From contig NC_043017.1 of assembly GCF_006345805.1 (NCBI RefSeq), positions 22,506,001 through 22,570,000 of the forward strand: 64,000 nt of DNA, in the 5' to 3' direction. Position numbers and translations under genes: made by a program. Shown here one piece after another: positions 1 through 11,860 of this stretch. Under the pieces are notes generated by a model. That model was given only the letters and a program-made list of their open reading frames with translations. It did no database searches and was not told the DNA's origin. This stretch comes from Octopus sinensis. Taxonomy: Eukaryota. Each line of letters begins with the position of its first letter. Position 1 is the first letter of the stretch.

Positions 1-729
1 ATACGCTGAGTTCTGCATTCTGGGCTCTCAAGCATACAAGGGTGGAGTAGACTACTTGCTGGAAAAACTTATTTCATGGCTGAATACCTTTCCTACTACT
101 AACCATTTAACTGTGAAGCTAGTGTGGTGCTTGTGTCATGTTCAGTCAGGCAAGAAGAGTTAGGTGCCTTGCCGAGAGGCATAGCAAAATGGTTGTAGCG
201 AGAGATTGCTTCTAATTCTGTAATCAGTGGTCCGGCCCTCACCACCTTCGCACACACACACACACATACATACAAATTCCAAAATAAATGGTTATTCCAA
301 GCAAGCAGCTACCTGTTGCATTTGCTTTAGTAGGTTTCATTACAATGATTTGTTCTGGTTTTTGCACTATTTCCATTATTAATTTAGTAAACTTTGAAAA
401 CATAATTAATTTAATGAAATTATAGAAATTATTCTTAGAATAAATTGTATTTAACCACTTATTCCTCTCTCTCTCTCCACATACTAATATACATGTATAA
501 ATGTATGTATGTGTGTGTATATGTATGTATGTGTATGTACAAATATGTATATATATTCTGTGGTTTTGCTGCTATTTTCATTTGAAGGTAAGGCATATTT
601 TGATTTATTATATGCAACTGGGAAAGCAGTGTCTGTGAACTTTGCCACTTTTTGAGTTGAATATACCTGGTGTTCATCTTTCATTTCTCTGATTATATTT
701 AATTAATTATACTTCCAAGTTTAGTAAAT

Positions 730-900
730 TTTAACACCTGAAGATGCATGCAAAGGTATCGTGAACAGAGAGTTCCAAAGAGTTACAACTTCAGGTACAA
801 AAGATTGGAGAAGTGTTTAGTGCAAGATTAAGGTGTTAGAACCCTGATGGATTCACAATATGGGAAGAGGCAAAAGGGCAGAAGGAATTAGTCTGGTTTG
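730..900 (-). mobile_element. Degenerate L2/CR1-group LINE ORF2 C-terminal remnant
   Basis: Minus strand translates ...QSFVPEVVTLWNSL..., matching the SFFPRxxxLWNxLP motif near the end of CR1/L2 ORF2; stop codon upstream in frame. Confidence 0.55.
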
Positions 901-1054
901 AGAGTGGAGGAAGGGAGCATGATGATGCACTGCTTCCTGGTTTAAATTGAGAAGAAACTGATAAGTCTTATGTCAGTGGGAGTAGTAATGAAGATAAAGC
1001 AATAAAATATGTACCTCTGTGTGTGTAAGTATGTATGTATATATATATATATAA

Positions 1055-1197
1055 CAATTGCAGCGTGGAAGGTGTTTATAAGCCATTTAAGAAACACACA
1101 AAACCGTTAGATTCACTTCAACATTTAAATTTAAATTGTTTTCGTTCCAGCACACAATCTCAGATCAAGTCACTAGCTATGCAAGTACATCTCCATA

Positions 1198-1198
<1 letters not shown>
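1055..1198. mobile_element. PLE-type pLTR remnant, family E, with internal inversion
   Basis: Lies between (TA)n tracts. 1055-1134 is the inverse and 1134-1198 the direct continuation of the sequence seen uninterrupted at 38568-38700. Confidence 0.7.
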
Positions 1199-1232
<34 letters not shown>

Positions 1233-1233
<1 letters not shown>

Positions 1234-1394
1234 ACCCACTACACTCTCAGAGAGGTTGGTACTAGTAAGGATATCAAGCTGTAGAAACATTGCCAGATCA
1301 GATTGGAGCCTGGTGCAGCCACTGGCTTTCCAGACCTCAGTCAAACTATCCAAACCATGCCAGCATGGAAAACAGATGTTAAATGATGAGGATG
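1233..1394 (+). mobile_element. SINE-like family C, 3' part with (GAT)n tail
   Basis: cacccactacactc...ccatgccagcatggaaaacagatgttaaatgatgaggatgat; same family as 24145-24414. Confidence 0.8.
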
Positions 1395-1409
1395 ATATAT
1401 ATACATGTA

Positions 1410-1560
1410 TATTTTTTGTTGTATCTGGAGAGAGTCATTGTCTTTTAGTGCTTTATTACTTAACACACTCACAGGTTTGATTTCCCCTCATTTATTCATT
1501 TTTATTTTTTCTAAAATTTTCATTACATCTTGCAACCTCTTCAATGGTCGTTGACTCCAT
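1410..1560 (-). mobile_element. PLE-type pLTR remnant, family F, with degenerate hammerhead
   Basis: Reverse complement matches 11630-11780 and 41422-41555; reads gacca-UUGAAGA-G-guugc-aagau-guaau-GAAA-auuu. Confidence 0.65.
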
Positions 1561-1562
1561 AC

Positions 1563-1595
<33 letters not shown>

Positions 1596-1739
1596 TGGGT
1601 GCGATGGGTAAATTGTCAACATTTTATATTATTAATTTTGTGCATACACATTGTTTGTTTTTTATTTTGTTGACTACACAGTATAGTAGGGTCAGTTGCA
1701 CACTGTCTGTGAGAAAAACAGCATCATGACACAATTCAC

Positions 1740-2068
1740 TCTGTTTATGTCCCTGTAACTTTACAGTTCAGCAAAAGACACTGATAGAATAAGTACTAGG
1801 TTTACAAAGAATAAGTCCTGAGGTTGATTTGCTCGACTAAAGGTTTGTGTGTGTGTATGTTTGTGTTTCTGTGTTTGTTCCGCCAACATCGCTTGACAAC
1901 TGATGCTGGTGTGTTTGCGTCCCCATAACTTAGTGGTTCGGCAAAAGAGACCAATAAAATAGGTACTAGGCTTATAAAGAGTAAATCCCGGGGCCGATTT
2001 GTGCGACTAAAGGCGGTGCTCCAGCATGGCCACAGTAAAATGACTGAAACAAGTAAAAGAGTAAAAGA
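1740..2068 (+). mobile_element. SINE family A, 3' half with partial internal duplication
   Basis: cagcaaaaga...gaataagtcc...cgactaaagg occurs at about 1775-1845 and again at 1935-2015; ends gagtaaaagag. Confidence 0.8.
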
Positions 2069-2201
2069 GAGGGGAAATGAGATAAGTAGAATTAAATATT
2101 CCACACGGAGATTGTAACAAAAATTCCTAAAGTAGATATAAGCTCACAAAGCATGAATTTTATTTTTACTTCAATGCATTATCCACTTAACTATTTCACC
2201 T

Positions 2202-2248
<47 letters not shown>

Positions 2249-2931
2249 CATGTATATAATACATGCACATACACATACTAATCTATTAGACAATCACTAG
2301 TTGAAACAGACTTCAATATTGAAAAATAAGTTTTACATTTACACTGGATGAAAAAAAACAAAAAATAAATATTAATAACAAAAAAACTGAAATAAAATAT
2401 AAAGTATAATGAAATGCCACGTGTGTGTGTGTGTTTGTGTGTATGTTTATGTGTATGTATATATATATATATATAGATATATATATATGAGTGTCTGTAT
2501 AAACAAATTTGTGAAAAATTTAGTTAAAATTATCCAGAAACGAAATTTTCATCAATATTATTAATGAGAAAATCATAGCAATTGATTTAATTTTATCGAT
2601 TGAAAGAAACTCAGAATTAGTCAGATGGAGAAAATGTTTGAAAAATATATAAATAAATAAATGAATGAATCTTAAGAGCAGAAAAAAAATATATATATAT
2701 AATAAAATAATAGAAGTGTTGTTATTTTTATGACGACTGCCAATGTTGATATATTTTAGAAATGAAAGAGTGTGGGGTGGTGCTGAAGGGGAGTGGAGAG
2801 AGAAAATAAAAAAGCATATGATGTGTAATAAACCTGCTGGGAATTTTACTTTTGTTAAACAGATTTTGCAATACTGCCAAGATTATAAAAACAAAGAAAT
2901 AAAAGCAAAAGTACAAAAAAATTTAAGATAC

Positions 2932-3017
2932 TAATAATAGTAATAATAATAATAATAATAATGATGATGATGATGATAACAATAACAATAATAGTAACAA
3001 TAAAAATAATGATGATG

Positions 3018-3063
<46 letters not shown>

Positions 3064-3095
3064 TGATAATATAATAATAATAATGATAATAATGG
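2932..3095. repeat. (TAA)n/(TGA)n compound microsatellite
   Basis: Direct reading; source of the poly-Ile ORF. Confidence 0.95.
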
Positions 3096-3385
3096 GATTT
3101 TAAAGAGGTTTTCAGATCGGAAATAAATACTGTATCTTGAACAAAATAAACACCATATGTGAACAACAATTGCACTATTTCATGCTTGGTTAATATTGAG
3201 TAATGAGATGCACTGGCATGTAGCAGGAAAAATCAAAATCAAAAAAAAAGAAAGAAAGAAAGAAAAACGATAAATAAAATTGAAAAAAAACTGAAAAAAA
3301 AAGAAGAATTTTAAAGTGGAAACAACAAGTTAGATACACAAAACATTGAATCTCTCTGTATATATGAGCTCTGAGAGCACGTGCA

Positions 3386-3433
<48 letters not shown>

Positions 3434-3734
3434 TGTGTGAGTGTGTGTGTATCATGTTTGTCAGTATGTTTATGATATGTGTAAATCAAATTTTGCTGAC
3501 TGGGTTTATTATTTTTTCCTAATTCTCTATTTTATTTGGGCATTTGTGTATGTATGCATGTGTGTGTGTATACATAAACATATATACATACACACACACA
3601 CATATATATTGTATATATTATGTGTGTATATATACATGCATGCAAGTAACATGTACGAGAGCACAAGGCCGAATATTTGACTGTGACATCTTTTAAGGAA
3701 ATTCAGACATTTCTTTCCTTTTTACTGCTTGTCT

Positions 3735-4117
3735 TATTTACTCATTTACTTATTTCAGCCATTTGACTCTGGCCATGCTGGGACACCACCTTTAATCGAG
3801 GAAATCGACCCCAGGACTTAGTCTTTGTAAGCCTAGTACTTATTCTATTGGTCTCTTTTGCCGAACTGCTAGGTAACGGGGACGTAAACACACCAGCATC
3901 GGTAGTCAAGCGATGTTGGGGGAGGGGGGCAAACACAACACACAAACATACACATATATACGACGGGCTTCTTTCAGTTTCCGTCTACCAAATCCACTCA
4001 CAAGGCTTTGGTCGGCCCGAGGCTATAGCAGAAGACACTTAGCCAAGGTGCCACGCAGTGGGACTGAACCCAGAACCATGTGGTTGGTAAGCAAGCTACT
4101 TACCACACAGCCACTCC
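3735..4117 (-). mobile_element. tRNA-derived SINE family A, near full length
   Basis: Minus strand begins ggagtggctgtgtggtaag...gggttcagtccc (A/B box-like), has a central TA/TG microsatellite and a gactgaaataagtaaa-type tail. Confidence 0.85.
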
Positions 4118-4825
4118 TACACCTATTTAAATGATGAATTCTTTTTTTTTTACACTTATTTTCTCCTGTTCTACTTACAGGTTCCACAAACAGCACTGTA
4201 AGAGGAGGCAGAGGAATGTAAACAGGATGGGTGAAATTGAGAGAGGAGGAATGTAAAAATAAATGAAGAGAAGAAAAAGGAAAGAATTCATACACAATAA
4301 ACAACTGGACTGGTGTGAACATTCTATATTGAACAATATTGTTGCAACTGCTTCTCCTCAGAAGAAGAAGTGTAGAAATCATTTGAAAGAGGGTGAGTGA
4401 GGAAAGAAAAGTGAGGCAGAAATTAAACAAGAAATATATCACATTATAAGTTCATTATATATAATTTTTTAATAGAAATGATTTGTTGATTATTGTTATT
4501 TTGGTCAAATCTGAGAAATTATTGTGATCGGGATCTTGGGGCATTTTCAATCACCCACCCCCCATCCTACCCTACCTACGACTGGAACTTTTCCCTATTT
4601 GTGTCTTGGAACCACGAGTTAAATCAATTGGAAATTAGACAGCAATGCGTTCTGTTGCCATGCTGGAGCACTGCCTTTAGTCAAGCAAATCAACCTCAGG
4701 ACTTATTCTTTGTAAGCCTAGTACTTATTCTATCGATCTCTTTTGCTGAACCACTAAATTATAGGGACATAAATACACCAGCATGGTTGTGAAGAGATGT
4801 TGGGGGGACAAACACTGACACACAG

Positions 4826-4870
<45 letters not shown>

Positions 4871-5614
4871 ATAGGCTTCTTTCAGGATAATCTGAACCCT
4901 TCATCCTTTTGGGGTAAGTAAAATAAGTACCAGTCTAACAGTGGAGTTAATGTAGTCAACTAGACCCTCCCACAAAATTTCAGGTTTTCTGCCTGTAGTA
5001 GAAAGGTTTGTTTTCACAATTAATTGAAATAAAGGAATTCTATATCAATAGAAATATGGTAAAAAAAAAAAGCTTTAATGTTCTCTGTGAAAAGGTGATG
5101 ATGTTGACATTCTTTGTTGACATTATGAATGGTCACTTTGCCCTTTGAAAGATCTCTGATATACAAAATGCATTATTTGAAAAACAGATAAGGTTTGGTA
5201 ACAGGAAGAGCATCCAGCCATAAAAGCTGACCTGAAATAACTTGCCATCCAACCCTAGCTAACATGAAAAGCATATTAATGCTAAACCAGCAAACAAATA
5301 TGTGTAACCTATCGATTACATTTCTAACAAAGTCTCAATATGTAGGGGGTTTTCCTAGCAGATTGTGTAGAGACATGATTGTGTCTGTGTGTTTACGTAT
5401 GCAATGCACATGCCTGTTCAATAAAAAGTACATATTGAGATTTCCTGAATGACTGAGAGGTTTTTATGGAATTAGTCTACAGATAAAATTATTTATACGA
5501 CTATCGTTTGGCTAGCAGCCACTGTTTGATGTTTGGATTAGCAAAGTGTTCAGACTATGCTTAATGTCCTGGAAAATATTATTCTATTAGCTAAAATGAC
5601 TTACTAAGTTACCA

Positions 5615-5660
<46 letters not shown>

Positions 5661-5834
5661 GATTGTTAATATTGTTTACCTTGTTGTTATGCGTTCAAGC
5701 TCTGCAGAGGTCATATTTTGCCAGTAAAATACCATGATTGATTAACTCAGCTATATCAATTCTTATAACAAAGTAAACTGTTGGCTTCTTATTTACTTAA
5801 TAATAATAACAATAATAATAATAATAATAGTAAC

Positions 5835-5866
<32 letters not shown>

Positions 5867-6203
5867 GGGGGGAGCATCATAGCCATGTGTTGAGAGGGAT
5901 TCTTTGGGGTTTGAATAATTCACCTCTGGAAACATGGGTGTTTCGTTCAACGTCCTTAAACAACCCTTATTCAGGGACCTTTTGAGCGGGATGGGTTACT
6001 CGATCTGAAGAAAATTCTAACTGGGCTCCACCTGCAAGGTCATGTGCTGCTTATCTTGATATGAGATCACCATGTCTCGCACATATGGTTGTGATGCATG
6101 TGCCTGGTGTACCCTTATCAGACGGGTAGTCATGATGGGTATACTGGGCTTCGTATATTTTACCCCACTGTCACTTTGATGGCATGCTCTGCTCGCTCAC
6201 TCA
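5867..6203 (+). mobile_element. Interspersed repeat embedded in (TAA)n, probably a non-LTR retrotransposon 3' end
   Basis: (TAA)n on both sides; second copy in opposite orientation at about 52030-52380. No coding motif recognised. Confidence 0.6.
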
Positions 6204-6695
6204 AAAATAATAATAATAATAATAATAATAATTTTTTTTTTCTTCTTCTTTCAAATTTGCTTCCATTTCTTGCCGAGTGTCTTCCCGACTCCTAGGGTAA
6301 AGAAACTCATAGTATACATTGGTAGGCCATTAAACTAAACTCAATAGTTCGTTAATTTTTTTTTTTTTAAGTTAAATTAAAATACATGGGTAGTAATAGT
6401 TTAAAATACATGGGTAGTAATAGTATTATTATTATTATTATTATCATTATTATTATTTATTCACTTAACTTTTCCTAATTTATTATTATTAACATTAGCA
6501 CACTGAGCGAAATGCTTAGCAGTATTTCGTCTGGCTTTACGTTCTGAGTTCAAACTCCGCTGAGGTTGACTTTGCCTTTCATCCTTACTGGGTCGATAAA
6601 TTAAGTACTAGTTGCGTACTGGGATCGATCTAATCGACTGGAATCCTCCTCTAAAATTTCGGGCCTTGTGCCTAGAGTAGAAACGATTATCATCA

Positions 6696-6729
<34 letters not shown>

Positions 6730-7089
6730 CATCATTACTGACAATGTTATAAGGCAGTGGATTGGCAGAATAAACAGAGCATCAGACTCAATGCCTTATG
6801 CTTCAGTTCTTTACTTTCTGAGTTCAAATCCCACCAGGGTCAACTTACTTTGCTTCTCATCCTTTCAGGAGGTGGGTGGGGGTGGTGATAAAAATGAAGG
6901 CTCAATTAAATGGCTTGGATCAACGATATTAACTAAACTCCTCCTTTCGAAAATGCCAGCCTAAATCATTATTAGTTGTTACTGCTTTTAAGATCAATAC
7001 AGTTCTAGTATCTGTTGTTCTTACTCCTGCTCCCTTTCCATATGTAGCTGTCTATTTTTGTCTTTAGTAATATTATAGATGGGAGAAAG

Positions 7090-7610
7090 GCAGTGAGATG
7101 GCAGAAGTGTTCTTTGCCTGCTGGGCAAAATGCTTAGTGGCATTTTGTCTGTCTTTACATTCTGAGTTCAAATTCCATCGGGGGTAACTTTGTCTTTTAT
7201 CCTTTCAGGGTCGATAAAATAATCAGTTGTCTTTACATTCTGAGTTCAAATTCCAATGAGGGTAACTTTGTCTTTCCTTTCAGGGGCGATAAAATAATCA
7301 GTTGTCCGTCTTTACATTCTGAGTTCAAATTCCATTGAGGGTAACTTTGTCTTTCATCCTTTCAGGGTCGATAAAATAATCAGTTGTCTTTACATTCTGA
7401 GTTCAAATTCCATCGAGGGTGACTTTGTCTTTCATTCTTTCTGGGTTGATAAAATAATCAGTTGTCTTTACATTCTGAGTTCAAATTCCGTCAAGGGTGA
7501 CTTTGTCTTTCATCCTTTCAAGGTCAATAATTTAATCAGTTGAGCACTGAAGTTAATGTAATTAATTTATTGCATCCCCAAAGTTGCTGGCCATGTGCCA
7601 AAATTTGAAA
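7090..7610 (+). mobile_element. SINE family B with fivefold tandem amplification of its central 75-78 bp
   Basis: Units gtctttacattctgagttcaaattcc...aatcagtt start at 7151, 7229, 7308, 7386 and 7464. Confidence 0.85.
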
Positions 7611-7626
7611 GCAGTATTATATAGCG

Positions 7627-7660
<34 letters not shown>

Positions 7661-7992
7661 TCCTTCCAAAGTCATACAGACTCATAAGGCTGGTTGCCTG
7701 GTCTCTCTGTGGTGAATATACTCTCTCCTGGAGGGGATACCAGTCCATCAAAGGATTACTCATTTTTTGCTAGTTAAATGGATTGGAGCAACATAAAATT
7801 AAGTGTTTTGCTCAAGAACACAACACGTTACCCAGTCCAAGAATCAAAACCACAATCTTATGATCAGGAGTCCATCACATCCACTCATCAATATTATATC
7901 ATTACAATATTCTTTACTGAGCAGTGGCAGAGCTGAGCTGAGACTTTTAAAATTTGTCACAACTAGTTCTGTTTCCAACGATTTATCTATTA

Positions 7993-8377
7993 ACTAGCAG
8001 TATCACCCGGCGTTGCTCGGGTTTGTAAGGGAAATAACTATAAAGCATTTTTAGAGAGTTATAGCCAAAAAATAGCAAAAAAATGGAAAAAATATGATGG
8101 TAAATTTTTTTGAGAGTTAAAAAGGTCGAGTTGCGTCCCCTAGACAGTCTGTGGTTTGTGTTTCTGATTCTCGACCCCATGTCGAATTTATCGATTTTTT
8201 TCAGAACTGGGGGAACTTTTCAAAATTTTCGCTGCGTTAGTTTTGAATTATGACATTGGGCTATGTGTGTATCAAGTTTCATCAGAATCAGTTGAAAGCC
8301 GTGGTCAGGGTGAGGGTACAACCTAACAGACACACAGAAACACACACAGACAACCTGCCGTTTATATATAGAGAGAT
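7993..8377 (+). mobile_element. Non-autonomous Helitron/Helentron-type element
   Basis: Starts actagcagtatcacccggcgttgctcggg (short subterminal hairpin), carries an acag/acac microsatellite near the 3' end and ends tatatatagagagat; this layout is typical of Lep1/DINE-like elements. Confidence 0.6.
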
Positions 8378-8850
8378 AACTTCATGTAATACACAATACC
8401 CCCACTTCCCAGCAACATCACAAATCCATCACCATCATCCTTATCACCTTATATTATCTATCTTATTGAAGCTGGTAGCATCCTTTGCTTAATCTTACCT
8501 CTGGCTACTTCAAATCTATTTCAGAAGGAAGGAAAGAGGAGCATTGAATAGTAAAAACTGAAGAAAACTGGTGAATGGTAGGGGAACGAAGGGATTTAGT
8601 GAAGGAAAACATGAAGTTAAAGGAAAAGGATTTGAGAGGGAAATGAAGAGGGAAAGAGAAAGAAAATGAGAAAGAGGAATAAATAGACAATAATAAAATA
8701 CATATGAACAAGATGATTAAATACATACATGGATATATATATATAATGATTTATATATAAACATATATATGTATATATACACACATGCACACACACGCAT
8801 ATATATATATAAACTTACACAGACATATACACATACACACACACATACAT

Positions 8851-8895
<45 letters not shown>

Positions 8896-9190
8896 TATAT
8901 GCATACATATACATACATACACACATGTACATAAATATATAATGTATGTATGATGCCAATCATATATCTGAGACCAATTACACACACACACCCACACACA
9001 TTCATTTATGTGTGTGTGCGTGTGTGTGTGTGTATGTTTGTTTGTGTGTGTGTGTGTATAATCAAAACTCTTTACAACGCATTTCACAATTTTCCATAAA
9101 ACTTGATGAAATTTTCGCTTCACTTTTTTTATGTTTCAAGTATCAACTGCCAAATTGCAATGAAATGAATCACTGTTAAAATAAGTTTAT

Positions 9191-9252
<62 letters not shown>

Positions 9253-9757
9253 TGTGTGCGTGTGTGTGTGCGTGTGTGTGTGTATGTGTGAAAAGATAGT
9301 GGTGGTGGGGTGGATAGAGAATGGAACACACTTTCTTCTGACAGTTAAAGTAGAAGTGTGAAAATTCGTCAATGAGAGACTGGAAAATTTTCTCTGGAGT
9401 GATGGAAACTCAACTTTCATCCAGCTTATCCTCTTCCCATTCTGCAAAATTTTCCTTGTATTTATTGATAAATACAGGCCACTGGGATAAAATACAGTTA
9501 TTTTTTTTTTTAATTTAGTTTCTTGCCTTCTGAACATCTCACCAGATGTCATCATTTTCTTCTATTTTCTGTTTTTACATAGTTTAAATCGTTTTGAGAT
9601 CCTCCATAAATGTTATGTGCAAAGATTTCTTCAAGACTGATGCGGTATATTTATAAGGGAATTATAAGTATATCTATAAGGGAATTCAGCTTTTTGGCTT
9701 CTCTCTGTTGGATGTATAATTTTATCTTGTCATATCAGGATTATATCAATTATATCA

Positions 9758-9999
9758 AGACGATTTCATCTCAATCGAAGGAGTGGGGCTTTCTCCATCC
9801 GGTGTTGCGGATCCGTGGAATAAGCTGCCGGATGAGATAGTGAAGATGCCGATGACCGCTCAGTTCAAAGTCTCTCTTGACCAGAAATGGCCTGAACTCT
9901 TTGCATGAACACCCATGTACATAACTCCATGTCCCCCGACATGGCCTTGCTTTTTGCTTTTTGAGCCAAAAAATTAACTTAACTTAACTAACTTAACTT
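9758..9999 (+). mobile_element. 5'-truncated CR1 LINE 3' end
   Basis: RFHLNRRSGAFSIR, a 1-nt frameshift, then VADPWNKLPDEIVKMPMTAQFKVSLDQKWPELFA* (stop 9906-9908), a short 3' UTR and a (TTAAC/TAAC)n tail. Confidence 0.85.
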
Positions 10000-10313
10000 A
10001 TTGCACTAACAGTACTTGTAGAAATTCCATAGTTTATTTTTAAGATGAAAGATTGTTTAAATTTATGGTGCATCATAAAGAAGATCATTTCTTTCTGAAT
10101 TGTATTTTTTCTGGAGTATCTGATTAATGATATTGAGTAAAGTCCTTGTAGTTAGTACTAAAGGTGCAATATTAGGATAGAACCTTTTTGAAAACTATAA
10201 TCACTTCTACCTGGAAAGTTGTTATCTATTATTTTTGTCTTTATGTGAAGATATAAACAGTCTTAACTATGGAATTGGTTTGAAGACATACCTATATTAT
10301 TGTTATATTGTAT

Positions 10314-10585
10314 CATCATCATCATTTAGCGTCCGCTTTCCATGCTAGTATGGGTTGGATGGTTCAACTGAGGTCTGGGAAGCCAGAAGGCTGCACCAGG
10401 CCTAGTCTGATCTGGCAATGTTTCTACAGCTGGATGCCCTTCCTAACACCAACCACTCCATGAGTGTAGTGGGTGCTTTTTACGTGCCACCGGCACAGGT
10501 GCCAGACGAGGCTGGCAAACAGCCATGGTCGGATGGTGCTTTTTACGTGCCACCGGCATGGGTGGTGCTTTTTACGTGCCACCGG
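10314..10585 (-). mobile_element. SINE-like family C
   Basis: (CAT)n then ttagcgtccgctttccatgctag...ggatgcccttcctaac; internal ttttacgtgccacc repeats. Confidence 0.85.
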
Positions 10586-11629
10586 TATTATTGTTGTTGC
10601 TGTTGTTAAGACAGCAAACTAGCAGAACTGTTAGCACACCAGGTGAAATGCTTAGTAGCATTTCACCTGTGTTCTGAGTTCAAATTTTGCTGAGGTTGAC
10701 TTTACCTTTCAAGGTAGGTCACATGGTGTTTCAGCAACACCAGATGCTTTAGAGCGGAGAATTTCTTGGACTGCATGGCTAGACAGGCTTCTACGGCTTG
10801 ATGCCCTTCCTAATGTCAACTACTATATAGAGAATGCACTGGATGCTTTCCACATAGGGCTGGCACAGGTGCTTACTACAGATTGCCAACAAAGGTGCTG
10901 TTTATATGGAGCCAGCACAGGTGATTTTCACATGGTGCTGGCAGGCACACACACATATATATATGTATACACACACACATACACTTTTGTACTAGCTTAC
11001 AGTAAACAGTTTCAAACAAAATCCCTGTTTATGTCATGGCAGGATTTCATTTGACAATATGGTTAGAATCCAAGTAAAATATTAAGTCTTAGTGAACCAA
11101 ATTCTTGGCCTATTTCAATTCACACTTGAAGTCAATAACTCTACTTAGCATTTAATAGCTTTCAGAAAGGTATGGAAGTCCTAAGTTCACATTGCTTTTC
11201 CCTTATAACTCAAAGGTTTGATGTTTGTTTAAATATAATAATGATTGAAAGAGTTAAATAGCAAGGGGTTCTTTTTTGATTTTTGCAAATGATATTGTTA
11301 CAGAAAATAATTAATGAGGAAACATTAATATTGTCACAATTTCAAATTATATGTTATTAAAGAATCATTGTTTCTGAGTCCTGATTCTTAAGGTAAAGTG
11401 GTTTCCACTTTCTTAAAGGGGGCTCCAAGAAGGAAATGAATGGAAAGATATTCATTAAGAAAGTTTAGAATAATTACTATTGAGGATTGATAGATTTGTT
11501 TAGTACAAGCCAAATATAATTTTTTTAATGGTAAAAGCTACAATGAAGAACAATAGTTATTTTTACGGCAATTCAGTATATGTTTAGGGTGTGTATGACT
11601 GATATCTTCTATTGTAATTTTCTTGACAT

Positions 11630-11860
11630 GTAAAATACAGAGTCAAGACTATTGAAAAGGTTGCAAGATGCAACGAAAATTTTAAGAAAATAAAAATAAG
11701 GAATAAATGGAAATTTTACCCGTGAGTGTGTTAAATTATAAGGCACAAAAAGAAAATTACTCTCCCCAGACACAACAGAATATGCTTCAACACACGAACC
11801 TACATAAAGAATCTTGCAAAGCAAATCCAAAAACGAAATAAAATACGTTGTTTTAGTGAT
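11630..11860 (+). mobile_element. PLE-type pLTR remnant, family F, with tail
   Basis: gacta-UUGAAAA-G-guugc-aagau-gcaac-GAAA-auuu at 11647-11682; downstream sequence matches 41460-41610. Confidence 0.65.

Noticed and set aside
2743-2934. 63-aa plus ORF (NERVWGGAEGEWREK...)
   Set aside because: Short, A-rich, ends in a TAA tract, no recognisable motif; compatible with chance.
7151-7541. Regularly spaced repeats here and at 36570-36850 as a CRISPR-like array
   Set aside because: The intervening sequences are repeats of each other rather than unique spacers, the units are SINE-derived, and there are no cas genes.
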